From NCBI GenBank assembly GCA_037137395.1, contig JBAXKK010000047.1, forward strand, positions 1 through 19,878: a stretch of 19,878 nucleotides of DNA, read 5' to 3'. The translations under genes and the position numbers were made by a program. This DNA comes from Elusimicrobiota bacterium (GTDB lineage: Bacteria; Elusimicrobiota; Elusimicrobia; Elusimicrobiales; UBA9959). The notes beneath the pieces are model-generated. The model had not been told where the DNA came from, made no database searches, and saw nothing but the letters and a program-made list of their open reading frames with translations. Positions 15,581 to 19,878 of this stretch are shown here, piece by piece; the stretch's first letter is position 1, and every line of letters begins with the position of its first letter.

Positions 15581-18500
15581 TTATTTTGTTTCCGCGCTTT
15601 CACCCAACTCCTTTAGCGCCGCTTTCAGGGCGTCCTGGTGATGGCGGCTCTCTAGCGGCGACATCAGGCTGTAGGCGCATGGGACCACCAGAAGAGTGAG
15701 GAAGGTGGAAAACATCACGCCGCCGATGACCACCAGCGCCATCGGGATGCGCGTCTCCGCTCCCGGGCCTATGCCCAGAGCCGGTGGTATTGCCGCCGCT
15801 ATAGTGGCAAATGAAGTCATGAGAATAGGCCTGAGCCTTATCGGGCAGGCTTCAAGCAAAGCTTCAGTGACGCCCATCCCCCCTTCCCGCCGCCGATGGT
15901 TCGTGAAGTCCACCAGTAGTATGGAGTTTTTCTTAACGATACCCATCAAAAGTATCATGCCGATCATGCTGTAAATGTTAAGCGTCTGCCCGCCCATATA
16001 AAGCGCGATGAACGCTCCCGTTACGCTGAACGGCAGCGCCAGCAGCACGATAACCGGGTGAAGGAAACTGTTGAACTGCGAGGCCAGCACCATATAAGCC
16101 ACAAAAATGCCGAACACGAGCGCGGTCAGCAGACTGCCGAAAGACTCCTGGAAGGTTTGCGAGCTGCCGGAAAGCACTATCCGGTAGCCGTCAGGCAGCA
16201 GCTCTTTGGCCGTTTTTTGAACCTCGTCCAGCGCCTGCGCCTGCGAGAAGCCCGGCGCCGGATTAGCGAAAAGTCCTATGGCCCGCTCGCGGTTACGCCG
16301 CGATATTGACATCAGGGAGGGCTTCTCGGTGACGTTCACTATTTCCGAGAGGCGGATAAGTTCGCCCCGGTTGTTGCGCACCCAGATCTTGCCGATGTCG
16401 GAAGCGCTGCGGCGATCCTTATCCACGAGCCGCACGCTTACATCGTAGCGCTTGCTGCCTCTGGTAAACTTGCCCACGCGCAGGCCGCCTATCATGGCGT
16501 TTATGGAATCTCCTATAACCGCCATGTTTACGCCGCGCGCCGCGGCCTTGTCGCGGTCCGGCACCACCTGTATCTCAGGCATGCCGGTCTGGTAATCCGT
16601 GTCCACATCAACCATCTTGCCGGAAGCTATCATGCGGGCCATCAGCGCGCGGCTGAGTTCTCCCAGCTTGTCCCAGTCGGATCCGCGCACGCTGATCTCC
16701 ACCGGATAGCCGCGCTTGGCCGTGAAGCCTGCCTGCGACGGATCTTGTATTGAGATGCGCTCAAGGCCCGCAAACCCCTTCAGAGCCTTGCGGGTATACT
16801 GCATAAATTCCTGCTGGGTGGGCTTGCGCCCGCCGGGTTTAAGCGGCACGCGCTCTCCCTTCGGCTTTAAATTTATAAACATCATCGCGCTATTAATGTC
16901 GCCGCCGCCCACCATGCCGAAATAGGAAACTACATTAGGCTGCTCCCCCGCCCATTTTTCAGCCTGTGCCACCGCCCCCGAAGTGAACCCGAAGGAGGAG
17001 CCGATAGGGGCCTGCAGGCGCACCATAAACTGGCTCTGATCCTGGGAAGGCGTGAATTCGCGCTGGAGCTTAAAGGCTATCAGCAGGGACGCCGCGAATA
17101 CCAGCGCCGAGGCGGCCAGCGTTTTCCAGCGGTGTCTGAGCAGGCGCTCCAGAACTCCGCGGTAATACGCCGCCGTCTTTCTAAAGAGGCCGTCCATCCA
17201 TTTGCCGAAGGCGCCGCCGCGCTCGGCGTCAACGAACTGCGAGCAGCGCATCGGAGACAGCGTCAGCGCTTCCAGGAGCGATAACAGCACCGCGGCCGAC
17301 ATTGTAACCCCGAACTGGAAGAAGAACTTTCCGATTATGCCCTTCATAAAGATGACGGGCACGAAGATGGCGAGGATGGCCAGCGACGCGGCCATGGCGG
17401 GAAAGGTTATCTCTCTCGCGCCGATTATGGCGGACTTGACCCGGCCATAGCCCAGCTCGTTATAACGCACGATATTTTCCAGCACCATGATAGCGTCATC
17501 CACCACTATACCGATGGCGAGCGACAATCCCAGCAGTGTGAAAGTGTTAAGGGTGAATCCCATGAAATAAAGTATGAGGAAGGCGCCGATGATGGATGTG
17601 GGTATGGCCAGCAGAACATTTATAGTGGAGGACCAGGAACCCAGGAAAGCCCAACAGACTATGCCGGTGAAAATAGCGGAGAGTATCAGGGTGAAATTCA
17701 GTTCGCGGGTGGATTCTTCTATAAAGCGGGTGGAGTCGTTGACCACTTGCAGCGCCATGCCCTTCGGCAAAGTTTTCTGCAGCTCGGCGACCCTGGCACG
17801 CACGGCGCGCGCCGTAGCGACGGCGTTGGAGCCGCGCTGCTTGATGATGCCGATACCCACTGAAAGCTTGCCGTTGGTGTGTGAGACGCGGCGGATATCC
17901 GCCAGGCCGTCCTCAACTTCCGCCACATCTTTTATGCGGAATGTTTTCCAGATGGAGGAGCCGCCGCGGCCGGTGATTATCAGTCGTGAAAATTCCTCCG
18001 GCGTGGAGGCCTCTCCGAGTACGCGCACATTGAACTCTTTCTTGCCGGTATCGATGTACCCGGCCGGCGTTTCGGCGTGCTGGTTCTGCACCGTGGAGAT
18101 CACATCGCTCACGGTCAGCTGCTTTGCGTTAAGCTCATCAATATTCAGCCAGATGCGAAGGTTGGGATCTATGTAGCCGCCCATATCCACGTCTCCGACT
18201 CCGGAAATGGTGGTGAATTTATCTTTAAGGTAATCATTGGTGAAGGCCATCAGATCTTTAAGCGGCCTGTTATCACCGGTGAGCGCCACGCGTATGATGG
18301 GCTGATCCTCCGGGTTGGTCTTGCTGATGGACGGCGGATCTATGTCGCGCGGCATGTCGTGCTGCGCCTGGGAGATCTTGGACTGCACTTCCTGCATGGC
18401 CACGTCTATGTCGCGGCCCAGCTCAAATTCTATAGTGATGTTCGCGCTTCCCCGTTTTGAGCTGGAGGAAACTTCCTTAATACCCTGTATACCCATCACC

Positions 18501-18709
18501 GCGCCCTCTATCAGATCGGTGACCTGGGTTTCCATGATCTCGGGGGCCGCCCCGGGCAGGCTTATGCGCACGTTCACCACTGGGTAATCCACGTCGGGCA
18601 TCTGGCTGATGCCCATATTTGAGAAGCCTATCCAGCCGAAGACTATAAGGCCCAGCATCAGCATCCAGGCGAAAACCGGATTTTTAATTGAGAGGTCGGA
18701 AAGAGTCAT
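15581..18709 (-). CDS. RND efflux transporter permease subunit (AcrB/AcrD/AcrF family)
   Basis: 1042 aa; SIKNPVFA start, PGAAPE, TM4 GIVVDDAIMVLENI, TM10 GIVKKNSILL, RLRPILMT. ATG overlaps the TolC stop (TAATG). Confidence 0.95.
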   Translation of the reverse strand: MTLSDLSIKNPVFAWMLMLGLIVFGWIGFSNMGISQMPDVDYPVVNVRISLPGAAPEIMETQVTDLIEGAVMGIQGIKEVSSSSKRGSANITIEFELGRDIDVAMQEVQSKISQAQHDMPRDIDPPSISKTNPEDQPIIRVALTGDNRPLKDLMAFTNDYLKDKFTTISGVGDVDMGGYIDPNLRIWLNIDELNAKQLTVSDVISTVQNQHAETPAGYIDTGKKEFNVRVLGEASTPEEFSRLIITGRGGSSIWKTFRIKDVAEVEDGLADIRRVSHTNGKLSVGIGIIKQRGSNAVATARAVRARVAELQKTLPKGMALQVVNDSTRFIEESTRELNFTLILSAIFTGIVCWAFLGSWSSTINVLLAIPTSIIGAFLILYFMGFTLNTFTLLGLSLAIGIVVDDAIMVLENIVRYNELGYGRVKSAIIGAREITFPAMAASLAILAIFVPVIFMKGIIGKFFFQFGVTMSAAVLLSLLEALTLSPMRCSQFVDAERGGAFGKWMDGLFRKTAAYYRGVLERLLRHRWKTLAASALVFAASLLIAFKLQREFTPSQDQSQFMVRLQAPIGSSFGFTSGAVAQAEKWAGEQPNVVSYFGMVGGGDINSAMMFINLKPKGERVPLKPGGRKPTQQEFMQYTRKALKGFAGLERISIQDPSQAGFTAKRGYPVEISVRGSDWDKLGELSRALMARMIASGKMVDVDTDYQTGMPEIQVVPDRDKAAARGVNMAVIGDSINAMIGGLRVGKFTRGSKRYDVSVRLVDKDRRSASDIGKIWVRNNRGELIRLSEIVNVTEKPSLMSISRRNRERAIGLFANPAPGFSQAQALDEVQKTAKELLPDGYRIVLSGSSQTFQESFGSLLTALVFGIFVAYMVLASQFNSFLHPVIVLLALPFSVTGAFIALYMGGQTLNIYSMIGMILLMGIVKKNSILLVDFTNHRRREGGMGVTEALLEACPIRLRPILMTSFATIAAAIPPALGIGPGAETRIPMALVVIGGVMFSTFLTLLVVPCAYSLMSPLESRHHQDALKAALKELGESAETK

Positions 18710-19878
18710 TATTCAAGCTCCAGCCCGGCGGCGTTTTTAAGTTTTACCAGCGTCCAGATCTGCTGCACGCGGGCCTGGGAAAGCGCGAGCCGCGTCTGCT
18801 GCACCATGTTAAGCGCGCTGAGCACGTCGAGATTATTCACCAGACCGAGTTTGTAATCATCCTGCTGGCAGCGGGCGTTTTCCGAGGCCAGCGTCAGAGC
18901 CTCGTCAAGGCTGACGGTTTGAAGCGCTGAATATTTAAATTCATCGTAAGCCGTCCGGACTTCGGTAAGCGCCTGCCTCTGCGCCATCTGCAAAGCCAGC
19001 TCGGCCGCGCGCTTTGCCGAATAGGCGTCCTGTTTCCGCGCCCGAGCGGCGCCGCCGGTGTAGAGGGGCATCTTCAGCGCCAGGGTTCCATCCCAGCGGT
19101 TTACGGGATCAGGCGTGGGGTGGTTCACCGCGTAATAATCCGCTGAAACCGTAACCGCAGGCCAGAGATTATGGTCCTGCGCGTCCAGAAGATATCCTGA
19201 GGCATCAAGCGATTTGCGCAGAGCCGCCAGGTCCGGGCGCAGGAGCGCGGTCTTTAAAAAGGTTTCAAGAGCGGTCCCTCCGCGAAGCGATACTCCGGTC
19301 GGAGCCAGATCGGTATCAATACCCGTCAGGAACATCAGAGCCTGCTGCGCGCCGCGCTCGGCGGCGGCGGCGTTAAGATAGCTGGCTTTATCCTGCGCCA
19401 GCTGGGTTTTTACCGCCACAGCTTCGCTTTTGCGGGATTTGCCGAGGTCAACACGGGCCTCAAGCTCGGATATGCGTTTCCCCGTGACATTAAGCTGCTC
19501 CAGACGTATTATCGCTTCTCTTTGGGCGGCAAGCAGGTTGAGATACGCCTGGGCTACGCCGAGGTAAAGTTGCTGCCGGGCGCGGATAAGATCAAGTTCA
19601 GCGGCGCTGGTTTTAGCGGCGGCCGCTTTTAGAGAAATATAATCGCGCATGCCGGAGAAAATAGCGTAGGTGCCGGAGATGTAACCCTTTGTTACCGCGG
19701 CTGAACCCTGCTGTTTTGATTGCGATGCGTTTATATCGAACGACGGACGAAAGGAGGCACCGATCAGGCGTTCGGCGGCTTCCAGCTGCTTTATCCCCTC
19801 CGCCTGCTGCGCCAGCTGCTCGCTTTTCGCGAGTGACAGCGCGCAGGCCTCGTTGAATGTTATTGACCGCATCGTGGC
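18709..19878 (-). CDS. TolC-family outer-membrane efflux protein; 5' end probably beyond the window
   Basis: Two-repeat OEP pattern (FRPSFDI...YAIFSG...VAQAYLNL; RPDLAA...LWPAVTV...MPLYTGG...VRTAY...YKLGLVNNLDVL). The frame stays open to 19878 and no signal peptide is visible in the window. Confidence 0.88.
   Translation of the reverse strand, partial: ATMRSITFNEACALSLAKSEQLAQQAEGIKQLEAAERLIGASFRPSFDINASQSKQQGSAAVTKGYISGTYAIFSGMRDYISLKAAAAKTSAAELDLIRARQQLYLGVAQAYLNLLAAQREAIIRLEQLNVTGKRISELEARVDLGKSRKSEAVAVKTQLAQDKASYLNAAAAERGAQQALMFLTGIDTDLAPTGVSLRGGTALETFLKTALLRPDLAALRKSLDASGYLLDAQDHNLWPAVTVSADYYAVNHPTPDPVNRWDGTLALKMPLYTGGAARARKQDAYSAKRAAELALQMAQRQALTEVRTAYDEFKYSALQTVSLDEALTLASENARCQQDDYKLGLVNNLDVLSALNMVQQTRLALSQARVQQIWTLVKLKNAAGLELE

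Overview
Bacterial genomic window with two parts. The left part (1-~5150) is lower in GC and accessory-like. It holds a truncated secreted protein with an apparent FGE-sulfatase/SUMF1-type region, a DUF1016/YhcG PD-(D/E)XK nuclease, a secreted double-HKD phospholipase D/Nuc-like protein and an intact REP-associated tyrosine transposase (RAYT, HUH/Y1). A 26-bp imperfect hairpin repeat (AATTAAAGTGACACACAACTTAATTC) forms perfect inverted repeats around the RAYT. It recurs as stuttered direct-repeat clusters between the upstream genes, giving a cassette-like array: repeat-DUF1016-repeat-PLD-repeat-RAYT-inverted repeat. The right part (~5150-19878) is GC-rich and all on the minus strand: TolC (truncated), RND permease, PAS histidine kinase, pgm, GNAT, beta-CASP metallo-beta-lactamase RNase, two tandem DEAD-box helicase paralogs and a probable outer-membrane protein. 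Intergenic DNA carries two copies (135 and 248 bp) of a structured element I do not recognise, in opposite orientations, plus three unrelated heptamer-repeat arrays. No rRNA, tRNA or CRISPR array was seen. All family calls come from motif recognition by eye; no database search was run.
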